A stretch of DNA of 64,000 bases, from NCBI GenBank assembly GCA_041640595.1, contig JBEPZY010000001.1, forward strand, positions 928,001-992,000, read 5' to 3'. Under the pieces are notes generated by a model. It did no database searches, was not told where the DNA came from, and worked only from the letters and a program-made list of their open reading frames with translations. Numbering within the stretch: position 1 is the stretch's first letter; each line of letters opens with the position of its first letter. Origin of the DNA: Gemmatales bacterium. GTDB taxonomy: Bacteria; Planctomycetota; Planctomycetia; Gemmatales; HRBIN36. This document shows positions 10,418-19,384 of this stretch, piece by piece. A program made the translations under genes and the position numbers.

Positions 10418-11131
10418 ATGGATTGGCTGCAAATGGCAACGATTGCCGCGGGTATCTTTCTGGCGGAAACCTGTGTGGTCACCCTGAGCACGGTCCGCAC
10501 GATTTTGATCTCGCGACACCAGCGCATCTTGGCGCCGGTGCTGGGATTGGTGGAAATCAGCCTGTGGCTGCTGGCTATCGGGCAGGTGATGCAAAACTTG
10601 CATGTGCCGGTTTATTTCCTGGCCTTCGTCGCGGGCTTCGGAACAGGGAACTACCTGGGAGTGTGCGTCGAAAACTGGATGGCGCTGGGCTATGTGGTGG
10701 TGCAAATTATCACTCGTAAAGATGCTGGGCCATTGGTGCAGGCGTTTCGCTCAGCCGGTTTTGGTGTTACCTGTTTATCCGGACAAGGTCTCATGGGGCC
10801 TGTGCAACTTCTTTTGAGCGTTTTGCCTCGGGCCAGGCTGGACGAAGCCAGTCAACTTGTGGAAAAACACGACCCCGAGGCCTTTTACCTGGTGGACGAA
10901 CTTCGGACGATTCGCCGTGGATTTCTACCGCAGGCATTGCTGTTTCCGTTCTCGCTCTGGCGGAAAGAAACCACCGGCCACAGCTGGAATTTGACGGTCA
11001 ACCGGACAATCACCCACCACAATAATCCTTCCGCGAGTGTTCAGGGAGCGTCGCCAGGCCAGCATGGAGAACAATCCGAAAAAATCGGCCAAAAACCGTT
11101 GACCACAAGTCATTCGCCCATTATTAGATAG
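10418..11131 (+). CDS. UPF0316 / DUF2179 (DUF5698) family membrane protein
   Basis: TLSTVRTILI, GLVEISLWLLAIGQVM, AGFGTGNYLG, FRSAGFGVT, DPEAF. ATG at 10418 follows GGAGA. Confidence 0.85.
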   Translation: MDWLQMATIAAGIFLAETCVVTLSTVRTILISRHQRILAPVLGLVEISLWLLAIGQVMQNLHVPVYFLAFVAGFGTGNYLGVCVENWMALGYVVVQIITRKDAGPLVQAFRSAGFGVTCLSGQGLMGPVQLLLSVLPRARLDEASQLVEKHDPEAFYLVDELRTIRRGFLPQALLFPFSLWRKETTGHSWNLTVNRTITHHNNPSASVQGASPGQHGEQSEKIGQKPLTTSHSPIIR

Positions 11132-11314
11132 TAGTAGGATTTTTCCGCTCACAAACAAAGCCAGGGATATCCGGTATGAAGCCGGCATCCAGTGGCTGAT
11201 GGCGGGCTGCACGCCAATTCTCCCAAGGAAGGGAAACTGGTCGAAAGAAACGACGAGCCAGCAGGCTATAGGTGAATTGGTCTTTCAGTAAAGCTAAGAG
11301 CAGGAGGGTCAGGT

Positions 11315-11848
11315 ATTTCCACACCACGCGCGTCGCGTCCGGGTCCGGAACGGGGTCTGCGGGTTAACGAGCAAATTCGCGTCAGCCCTATTCGCTTGAT
11401 TGGAGTCAATGGTGAATCACTGGGCATCGTGCCGACCTCGGAGGCGTTGAAACGGGCACGCGAAGCCGGTTTGGATCTCGTGGAAGTGGCGCCCTTCGAA
11501 CGCCCTCCCGTTTGCCGGATCATGGATTACGGCAAGTACAAGTATGAGCTTTCGCGGAAACAGTCCAAAGCCAAACAGCACCAGCCCAAGCTCAAGGAAG
11601 TTCGCTTGCGGCCAAAAACCGGTGAGCACGATATTGAAACGAAAATCAACCAGATACGCCGATTCCTCGAACATCACGACAAAGTGCAGGTAACCGTGCA
11701 GTTTCGTGGCCGGGAAATGCAACACGTCGAGGAAGGCCAGCGGGTCTTGCAACACGTGCTGGAAAAAGTGCAGGACCTCGCGAAACTGGAACGCCAGCCT
11801 CTCCTCGAAGGGCGGCGCCTGGTGGCCATGCTCGCTCCCAAAAGTTGA
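11315..11848 (+). CDS. infC: Translation initiation factor IF-3 (ATT start codon)
   Basis: RVNEQIRVSPIRLIG, GLDLVEVAP, PPVCRIMDYGKYKY, KEVRLRP, FRGRE. AGGAGG at 11302-11307 lies 7 nt before an in-frame ATT at 11315. Confidence 0.96.
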   Translation: MSTPRASRPGPERGLRVNEQIRVSPIRLIGVNGESLGIVPTSEALKRAREAGLDLVEVAPFERPPVCRIMDYGKYKYELSRKQSKAKQHQPKLKEVRLRPKTGEHDIETKINQIRRFLEHHDKVQVTVQFRGREMQHVEEGQRVLQHVLEKVQDLAKLERQPLLEGRRLVAMLAPKS

Positions 11849-12031
11849 CGGCGGGACAGTCGTTGCACGGCGTGTATAATAGTTGCTTCCCGGCGAACTC
11901 CTGGCCAGACGGGTGGTATATAATCCAGGCTGGCCGTCGGAAAAACGCTGAATTTTTACGGATACGCCATCCGATGGGCCTGGATGAATTGTGCCGGGAC
12001 CGACTGAAACCATGCTGCACTGAGGACTAAA

Positions 12032-12226
12032 ATGCCGAAGCAGAAAACTCACAAGGGTGCGAAAAAACGGTTCAAGGTCACCGCTACGGGCAAGGTAATG
12101 CGGCAGAAATGCGGCCGCCGGCACTTGCTCAGCCACAAACGCAGCAAGCGCAAACGGCGGCTCCGCCGACCCTTGGTTCCGGTGGAAGGTGCTATCGCTC
12201 CCAAGATTGCCGCAGCGATTGACTGA
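12032..12226 (+). CDS. rpmI: 50S ribosomal protein L35
   Basis: [21 protein letters not shown]; located between infC and rplT. Confidence 0.97.
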   Translation: MPKQKTHKGAKKRFKVTATGKVMRQKCGRRHLLSHKRSKRKRRLRRPLVPVEGAIAPKIAAAID

Positions 12227-12329
12227 CCGTGCTATCATTGGTCCTCGGACTCATTTCGTCCCTGGCTTGAGCCGGCAAATGTGTAGGAACTATCCACGGA
12301 AAAACACACGCTAACGGGAGTGATTGATC

Positions 12330-12716
12330 ATGGTACGGGCGCGAAGTGGTAAGACGACGACTCGCTTTCGGCGACGCCTGCGCAAGAAAACCAAGGGCTA
12401 TTTTTTGGGGCGTAAGAATCTGCTGAAGCAGGCCCTGATTACTGCCATCCGTGCGGGCGTTTATGCTTACCGCGACCGCCGGCAACGAAAGCGGATGTTC
12501 CGGCGATTGTGGATTCTCCGCATTAACGCTGCCTGCCGGGCACGCGGACTCAAATATTCGACATTTCTGGCCGCTCTGCAACGAGCCCGCATAGACCTGG
12601 ATCGTAAGTCGCTCGCGGAACTGGCCATCAACGACCCGGCCGCTTTTGACGAGCTGGTCAATCTCGCACGTCCGTATTTGCCGGGCGCTAACCCGGCTGG
12701 GCCTCCGGCGGGGTAG
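12330..12716 (+). CDS. rplT: 50S ribosomal protein L20
   Basis: YAYRDRRQRKRMFRRLWILRINAACR, IDLDRKSLAELA. Confidence 0.97.
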   Translation: MVRARSGKTTTRFRRRLRKKTKGYFLGRKNLLKQALITAIRAGVYAYRDRRQRKRMFRRLWILRINAACRARGLKYSTFLAALQRARIDLDRKSLAELAINDPAAFDELVNLARPYLPGANPAGPPAG

Positions 12717-12753
12717 GTATCCTCGTTGCCCTGAGCGAAGGGGTAACGGTTTT

Positions 12754-13809
12754 ATGGAACTGGAGCAACTCCGGCAGCAGGCTCTGCAAGAATTGTCCGC
12801 TGTCCAGGACGAAAGCGGATTGCGGCACTGGAATAGCCAGTACCTGGGCAAAAATGGTTTGCTTACGCAAGCATTGAAACGCATCGGTCAGTTATCCGCC
12901 GCGGAGCGACCACGATACGGCCAGCAAGTTAACGAACTCAAGGAAACCTTGCTGGCGGCCTATGAACGCAAAAAACAGGAACTTCACCAGCAAGAAATCG
13001 CTCGCAGCCTGGCCGCGGAGGCGCTGGATGTTACTCTGCCCGGGCGCCCGGTCTTACGCGGCAGGTTGCATCCCGCCACCCAGGTGATGCGGGACATCCT
13101 TGCCATTTTCGCCGAACTGGGTTTTCAGGTGTACAGGAGCCGGGAAGTTGAAGACGACCTCACCAACTTCGAGCTGCTCAACATGCCCCCGCATCACCCA
13201 GCCCGAGACCTGTGGGACACCTTTCACACCACCACGCCCGGAATACTGCTGCGCACGCATACCTCGCCTGGCCAGATTCACGTCATGCGTCAGTATTGTC
13301 CCCAACCGATTCGCGTGGTTTTGCCCGGCATGTGCTACCGCTACGAGCAAATCACCGCCCGCAGTGAAATCCAGTTCCAGCAGGTCGAAGGACTGGCCAT
13401 CGGTGAACGCATAAGTCTGGCGGATCTCATAGGCACCCTGAGTACCTTCGCCCGACGATTCTTCGGCGAGGATCGCCGCATCCGCATCCGCAACAGCTAC
13501 TTCCCGTTCACTGAACCAAGCATTGAGGTAGATGTGGATTGTATTCTCTGTGGCGGTACTGGCAGGAGTCCGAAAACGGCTGGCCAAACGGCAGGCGGTT
13601 GTTCCCTGTGCAAAGGTACAGGCTGGCTGGAAATTCTGGGTGCAGGGATGGTGCATCCCGTAGTACTGCGCAACGGGGGTTACGATCCGGAACGGTTTCA
13701 GGGTTTCGCCTTCGGTATGGGCCCACAACGCATGGCCATGCTCAAATACGCCATTCACGATATCCGGCTATTCTGGAGCAATGATTTGCGGTTTCTCGAA
13801 CAGTTTTGA
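12754..13809 (+). CDS. pheS: Phenylalanine--tRNA ligase alpha subunit
   Basis: HPARDLWDTF, LLRTHTSPGQ, YFPFTEPS, WLEILGAGMVHP, GFAFGMG, NDLRFLEQF. Confidence 0.97.
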   Translation: MELEQLRQQALQELSAVQDESGLRHWNSQYLGKNGLLTQALKRIGQLSAAERPRYGQQVNELKETLLAAYERKKQELHQQEIARSLAAEALDVTLPGRPVLRGRLHPATQVMRDILAIFAELGFQVYRSREVEDDLTNFELLNMPPHHPARDLWDTFHTTTPGILLRTHTSPGQIHVMRQYCPQPIRVVLPGMCYRYEQITARSEIQFQQVEGLAIGERISLADLIGTLSTFARRFFGEDRRIRIRNSYFPFTEPSIEVDVDCILCGGTGRSPKTAGQTAGGCSLCKGTGWLEILGAGMVHPVVLRNGGYDPERFQGFAFGMGPQRMAMLKYAIHDIRLFWSNDLRFLEQF

Positions 13810-13872
13810 TCGGTCGCCGATAATAGTTTTCCTGGCGATAATGGCCGATACCAGAGCATCAGGAGTGTGCCA

Positions 13873-16452
13873 ATGAAAGTGCCGCTGCGCTGGCTACGAG
13901 AATATGTCAACATCAGTTTGCCAGTGGCCGAACTGGCCGAACGATTGACCCTGGCTGGGCTCGAGGTAACAGGCATACGCACGGTCGGCTTGCCCGTGCC
14001 CGAAGGGTTGCGGTTACCTCCGCAACAAATGGGCCCGGTTTGGGATGACGACAAGGTCCTGGTTGCGGAAGTCCTCGAAGTACGCAAACATCCCGACGCT
14101 GAGCGGTTGCTTTTGGTGGATTTGGATTACGGCAAAGGCACCATCACGGTCGTAACCGGAGCCAGTAATCTGAAGCCTGGCGACCGTGGACTGAAAGTGG
14201 TGCTGGCGCTGGTTGGGGCTATGCTCATTGACGGTTATTCGGAAGAGCGTGTGTTACGGCAGTTGAAACCGGCACGAATTCGCGGCGTGCTGAGCGAAGG
14301 CATGGTCTGTTCGGCACGCGAACTGGGTATCGCCGACGACCACGAAGGAATCCTCATCCTCGATCCGGACGCGCCGGTCGGAATGCCTCTGGCGGAGTAC
14401 CTCGGCGACGTAGTGCTGGAATTTGATGTTCTGCCAAGTATGGCCCGCTGCCTGTCGGTGATCGGAGTGGCCCGCGAAGTGGCTGCTCTGACTGGCCAGG
14501 AATTACGTTATCCCCCGATCCATCGCGACAATCAAGCAACCAGCGCTGGCACAGAACGAGTCCGTGTGCGGATCGAGGATTCCAGCCTGTGTGCTCGTTA
14601 CGCTGCTCTGGTCATCGAAGAGGTAACCGTGCGACCGTCGCCGGCGTGGATGCAAATTCGCCTGCAGCTGGCCGGAATGCGACCTATCAACAATCTCGTG
14701 GACGTTACCAATTACGTCATGCTCGAATGGGGCCAACCTCTGCATGCTTTCGACTACGAAAAACTCCGCGACCGGGTGGGCGGGCCAACTCCGGAAATCA
14801 TCGTCCGCCCTGCCCGACCAGGCGAAAGATTGATTACGCTGGACGGCCAGAACCGCGAATTATCTCCCGAGCATCTGGTGATTGCCGATTTGGTCGGCCC
14901 TATTGCTCTGGCCGGTGTCATGGGTGGTCAGGAAACAGAAGTTACCAGCGAAACGCAATCGGTGCTGCTGGAGTCGGCCAATTTCCATGCGGTAAGTATT
15001 CGTCGAACGGCCAGGCATTTCGATTTGCCCAGCGAAGCCAGTCTCCGTTTTAGTCGCGGTTTGCATCCCGATATCGTAGAACCGGCTGCATACCGTGCTG
15101 CCCAGCTTATTTTGCAGCTGGCCCAGGGTCGAGCCTGTTCCCCTCTAGTGGATGTTTATCCCGCACGTCCACCGGAGCAGACCATTCTTCTCCCTCTGGA
15201 TTATGTAAACCGCCTCGTAGGAGCCGCTATTCCCCGTCATGAAATTGTCCGTATTCTGAGAAGCCTTGAATTCCGCGTTGAAGAAGCCGCAACCGACGCC
15301 CTGAGCGTTACCGTACCGCGGCACCGACTTGACATACAGCATGGCCCAGCGGATCTCGTCGAGGAAATCGTTCGCATTTACGGCTATCAGCGGATTCCGC
15401 CTACCTTGCCTGAGGAACGTTTACCCAGCTATCAGACACGGCGGGACTGGCTATTGGAAGAACGTTTGCGCGATGCGCTGGTGGCTCTCGGTTGCCAGGA
15501 GGTCATTACATACGCACTCACTTCTGCTGAGCGAGAGCGACCCCTAGTCGGAGGTGATGTTGAACACGTCCGCCTGCTCAACCCGATTCATCCAGACCGC
15601 TCGGTGCTGCGCCGATGTTTGTTAACCGGGATTTTGGAAATCGCCGCACACAACCTGCGCCAACACGACCGGTTGCGGTTATTCGAGCTAGGCCTGGTTT
15701 ACCTTCCCCAGCCTAACGAAAAGTTTCCCGACGAACGCCGCCACCTGGCCCTGCTTCTGACCGGTCCGCGCTGGCCTGAGTTCTGGCAGCACCAGGACGG
15801 GCTATCCGCGCAGGACTTTTTCGACCTCAAAGGAGTGTTGGATGGACTGTTCCAGGCCCTGCATCTGGGCGATGCTGAGCACGGTACCGCAAGCGTAACC
15901 TGGCAACCGTCGCAGCAACCCTGGTTGCACCCCGGACGCTCTGCCGCGCTGGTATGGCAAGGAACCCTCCCTGCTTCAAGCTCTACTTCTTCCGAAGCTC
16001 CGACAACAAGTGGCAACCCTGTCCTTCTCGGTTACGCCGGTCAATTACATCCCGCTCTAAACGACTTTTACCAACTTGGCCGGCGAGATATTTACGTCGC
16101 CGAACTGGATCTGGAACTGCTCCTGCCCTTGATCCCGCAACGATTTACCTGCCAAGGCGTCTCACCCTTCCCTCCTGTGCGGCAGGACCTCGCATTGATT
16201 GTGGATGAACATGTACCGGCTGAGGCGGTTCGCCGGGAAATTCAACTCGCAGGTGCTCCCTTACTGAGAGAAGTGCGGCTTTTCGACGTCTATCGCGGCC
16301 CTAATATACCGGCTGGAAAGAAAAGCCTGGCCTGGACCCTGACCTATCAGGCAGATGACCGAACACTCACGGATAAAGAGGTAGCGAAAGTCCATCAAAA
16401 GATCGTAAACCGCCTGGAAAAAGTACTAGATGCCCGTGTGCGAGCCCCATGA
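13873..16452 (+). CDS. pheT: Phenylalanine--tRNA ligase beta subunit
   Basis: MKVPLRWLREYV, tRNA-binding OB fold (KHPDAERL, SEGMVCSARELG), INNLVDVTNYVMLEWGQPLHAFD, C-terminal FDX-ACB domain (LFDVYRG...GKKSLA...DRTLTD). SD AGGAG at 13861. Confidence 0.97.
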   Translation: MKVPLRWLREYVNISLPVAELAERLTLAGLEVTGIRTVGLPVPEGLRLPPQQMGPVWDDDKVLVAEVLEVRKHPDAERLLLVDLDYGKGTITVVTGASNLKPGDRGLKVVLALVGAMLIDGYSEERVLRQLKPARIRGVLSEGMVCSARELGIADDHEGILILDPDAPVGMPLAEYLGDVVLEFDVLPSMARCLSVIGVAREVAALTGQELRYPPIHRDNQATSAGTERVRVRIEDSSLCARYAALVIEEVTVRPSPAWMQIRLQLAGMRPINNLVDVTNYVMLEWGQPLHAFDYEKLRDRVGGPTPEIIVRPARPGERLITLDGQNRELSPEHLVIADLVGPIALAGVMGGQETEVTSETQSVLLESANFHAVSIRRTARHFDLPSEASLRFSRGLHPDIVEPAAYRAAQLILQLAQGRACSPLVDVYPARPPEQTILLPLDYVNRLVGAAIPRHEIVRILRSLEFRVEEAATDALSVTVPRHRLDIQHGPADLVEEIVRIYGYQRIPPTLPEERLPSYQTRRDWLLEERLRDALVALGCQEVITYALTSAERERPLVGGDVEHVRLLNPIHPDRSVLRRCLLTGILEIAAHNLRQHDRLRLFELGLVYLPQPNEKFPDERRHLALLLTGPRWPEFWQHQDGLSAQDFFDLKGVLDGLFQALHLGDAEHGTASVTWQPSQQPWLHPGRSAALVWQGTLPASSSTSSEAPTTSGNPVLLGYAGQLHPALNDFYQLGRRDIYVAELDLELLLPLIPQRFTCQGVSPFPPVRQDLALIVDEHVPAEAVRREIQLAGAPLLREVRLFDVYRGPNIPAGKKSLAWTLTYQADDRTLTDKEVAKVHQKIVNRLEKVLDARVRAP

Positions 16453-16632
16453 AGATACTCGCCCAGCGCATTTACCTAAAACCATTGGGGAGATTTCTTC
16501 GCGGCGCACTACTTTGAGTTTGGTGAATACTGTCTGCAACACAGCTATGGTGGCATCATTTAATATTGATCCTGCCTGGTGCACCATCTAAGTATTGATG
16601 CGGGCAAAAATTCTGGCGCCTAAGTTTTCAGT

Positions 16633-17574
16633 TCACTGACCCGCGGAGCTGGATTCCGCAATAAATGCCGCTGGAATAATTGGACGCGGGTGATCCTTGA
16701 GAACGCTTACCAGGAGTTGCTCGTATTCTGGTGGCGGTGGCACAAAAGCACTTAGTCGCCATAAGGTTAGTAATTGCCGACCAGCCACTCGCTCGTGGGC
16801 TGTACTAAGCCCGAGATAAACCTTCTCCCGAACATCGTCCGATAGCTTTTTCGGGCAATAGAGTACTGCTGCGGTGGGGTAATAGTTGGATTCTCGCAAA
16901 ATACGCAGCGCTTTAGCCCGGCCGGGCTTGCGCTGTTGATAGGTTTCCAGGCTCACGCCATCCACCACAGTGCAGGCTGCTTTGCCCTCGAAGACCCAAT
17001 CCAGGGCTTGATCTATATTTGCGGGCTCTGGCGAGGGTCCAAAAAACGCCGCTGGTAACTCCCCTGCCTCGACAATCACCTTGTGTGTATAGAGGTAACA
17101 ATGATTCAGATTCCGTTTCGGAAAGGCAATAGTTTTTCCCTTGAGGTCGCTGATATTGCGGTATGGCGAGTCCTGACGGACTAGAATATAGGCCTTCAAG
17201 GCAATTGTGCCGTTGGAGCACAATAGCAAAGGTCGGACGTCAGGATATTGGTCACGGATCCAGGCATAATCAATTCCGTGCATAATGCCGAATTGCAAAT
17301 GTCCGGAGTCCAGGTCGCGGCCGATCTCCGCTGGGTCAGCCAAAATGGTAAACTCGCAAACTATCCCGGTTTGACTGGAAAATAACTCGCTGAGCGGCTG
17401 CATAAGTGCGAGCATGAGTCGGCTATCAGTACCCCGGAACAAGGCCTGGCTCAGTCCTATACGGGCCAAGCGATTCTTACCTTCTTTCTCGGCGCCACGG
17501 GCCGATAGCAGACTGCTGAGCAAAAAAGTAACAAATGCAAGACCCCATGCAGCTTGATTGACGCGTTGTACCAT
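16633..17574 (-). CDS. PhnD/phosphonate-binding-type periplasmic substrate-binding protein (no permease or ATPase nearby)
   Basis: Signal-like N-terminus; AYILVRQDSPYRNISDLKGKTIAF is typical of the PhnD/SsuA fold. Confidence 0.75.
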   Translation of the reverse strand: MVQRVNQAAWGLAFVTFLLSSLLSARGAEKEGKNRLARIGLSQALFRGTDSRLMLALMQPLSELFSSQTGIVCEFTILADPAEIGRDLDSGHLQFGIMHGIDYAWIRDQYPDVRPLLLCSNGTIALKAYILVRQDSPYRNISDLKGKTIAFPKRNLNHCYLYTHKVIVEAGELPAAFFGPSPEPANIDQALDWVFEGKAACTVVDGVSLETYQQRKPGRAKALRILRESNYYPTAAVLYCPKKLSDDVREKVYLGLSTAHERVAGRQLLTLWRLSAFVPPPPEYEQLLVSVLKDHPRPIIPAAFIAESSSAGQ

Positions 17575-17687
17575 ACGTTATCTCTCCCAGCTTATTCAGA
17601 GTAAATCAGCACCGTCCCCGCCATAACTTAGCCAGGCACGACGTTTTCGTATCGTTTTGCAGTGGCGCAGGGTGTGAGTTCCAGCCT

Positions 17688-19040
17688 CTACTGTGCAGGT
17701 ACAAGGGCTTCCCAGAGCTTACCAGCAGTAGCACGCTGCAATGCGGCCAGGGTGATGCAATAGTTGTAGAGTGCCTCATTCAGGTCGGCGCGGGTTTGCG
17801 CATCTAACAGTTGGGCGGTCAGCATTTTTTCGGTACTAAGCTGATCAGCAGCGTAAGCTTTTTCGGCGTCCTTGCGCAATTTCCCGGCTTGCTGTACTGC
17901 CTGCCGTAATAGGCGAACTTGCTCTTCCAGCTCGTGCAACCGTGAGCATAGAACACGGACTTCTAATGCAATCAGGTGTTCCACCTTCTCGGCCCCCGCC
18001 AGTGCTCGGTGATATAGTGCCTCGGTACGCGACTGACGGGCACTGCGAGTACCGGATAATACCGCAGGCATCTCAGGAGCAATCGGCCCCGGGCGATAAT
18101 CGGGGTCTAAGATTGTGGCCGGTAAAGTCTTGGAATGAATGTCCGAACGCGCAGCAAAAGTCAAGGCATTGGTGCGCCAGGTGAGACCTTGAGCCTTAAT
18201 CTCCAGGGCGATCACTTCCGCTAACAAGTGCGATTGGAGAGCTTCGGGACGATTGGCCAGAGCAAGCTCTACCGCCTTATCACAGGATATGGTGAGCTTA
18301 TGTTCGCGCATGTGTTTAGTGACCGAGTCGTAGTAATCAGCAAGACTGACAGCGGCTACGTTAATAGGCTCATGTTCAGAAAGCCCCACGGCCTCGCGTA
18401 AGGCTGCCCGGGCCTGCTCGGCTCCTAATCGAGCTCGCGCTAATCGTGTTCGGGCGATAAGTTCATAGGTGCTAATTCGCTCCAGGTCGGAAGTGGTTAC
18501 TTCGCGGCTACCGGCGTCCACCAGTTTTTTAGCCAGCTGAGCCATCACACCTAAACTACGCACCGTCTCATCAGCTATGCCGGTTTGCTCCCGGGCATAT
18601 AAATAGGAAAGGTAGTTCCGGGTAACCGCCTGGATGGTTTCCAATTTAGCCTGTGTTAAGCTCTCCTGGGCGATGGCCAGACCGTGCGTTGCCTGCTGCC
18701 GACGGTAAATAATCTGGGGCCCGGTGAGTATAGCGAACGGGGAATGAGCCGATTGGTACTGAATATGTGCCGCATGCAGGCTCGCCTGAGCCGCAGCTAT
18801 ATTCGGCTGTCGTTGCAGGGCTAACTCGATGGCTCTTTCCAGCGTCAACTCTTCGGCCTTCGAAGCCTCGACAGCAACTACCTCCCGGCTGGGTGCATTA
18901 TCATCCGGGGGAGCTTCTGCGGGAATTGCCAGTCGTGCCGGTTCCTGCGCCCACCCTGCTATTGCCAGTATGGGTATTGCCAATGCGGACCAGCCAGGCT
19001 TTTTCCATAGTCGTGTGCGTAGCGGTTGTGCGCTCGGCAT
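17688..19040 (-). CDS. TolC-like outer membrane efflux protein
   Basis: LTLERAIELALQRQPNIAAAQ, AVTRNYLSYLYA, AVELALANRPE, ALAALQRATAG. AAGGAG SD before ATG 19040. Confidence 0.75.
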   Translation of the reverse strand: MPSAQPLRTRLWKKPGWSALAIPILAIAGWAQEPARLAIPAEAPPDDNAPSREVVAVEASKAEELTLERAIELALQRQPNIAAAQASLHAAHIQYQSAHSPFAILTGPQIIYRRQQATHGLAIAQESLTQAKLETIQAVTRNYLSYLYAREQTGIADETVRSLGVMAQLAKKLVDAGSREVTTSDLERISTYELIARTRLARARLGAEQARAALREAVGLSEHEPINVAAVSLADYYDSVTKHMREHKLTISCDKAVELALANRPEALQSHLLAEVIALEIKAQGLTWRTNALTFAARSDIHSKTLPATILDPDYRPGPIAPEMPAVLSGTRSARQSRTEALYHRALAGAEKVEHLIALEVRVLCSRLHELEEQVRLLRQAVQQAGKLRKDAEKAYAADQLSTEKMLTAQLLDAQTRADLNEALYNYCITLAALQRATAGKLWEALVPAQ

Positions 19041-19384
19041 AGTCAGGTTCTCCTTGATACAACCGTAGCACTGGCTGGCCATTTCGCTCCGACCGCTCGC
19101 TCACTTTTTCGACCATCACCCCAGGTGAGCCACAGAAAAAATGTTGCATTTTTTCGCGTGGGCTGCCGACAGCAACGGCATTCCACGCCGATACAAAGCC
19201 TCACGCAAACATGGCTGTATCAATCAGCATGGTTATTCACAGAAACCAGGAGGGACACTTCCATCCGTGCAGAGCCGGTGCTTGGTCTAATACACCGCCA
19301 CCAAACTGGCAATTGGGCTGGCTGAATAAATACGCTTCGTTGCGGCTTTCTGATCCCCAACGGATGTGTATGGTCCGTTTCTTC

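Noticed and set aside
11229..11270. c-di-GMP-I (GEMM) riboswitch resemblance (GGGAAAC...CGAAAG...GACG)
   Set aside because: The stem around the GAAA loop does not pair beyond 2 bp and the GCAAAG/P2 elements are missing.
13816..13851. Three CGATA repeats between pheS and pheT
   Set aside because: Too short and irregularly spaced to distinguish from chance.
19233..19241. DnaA-box match TTATTCACA suggesting an origin
   Set aside because: Single isolated box; no cluster, AT-rich unwinding element or dnaA context.
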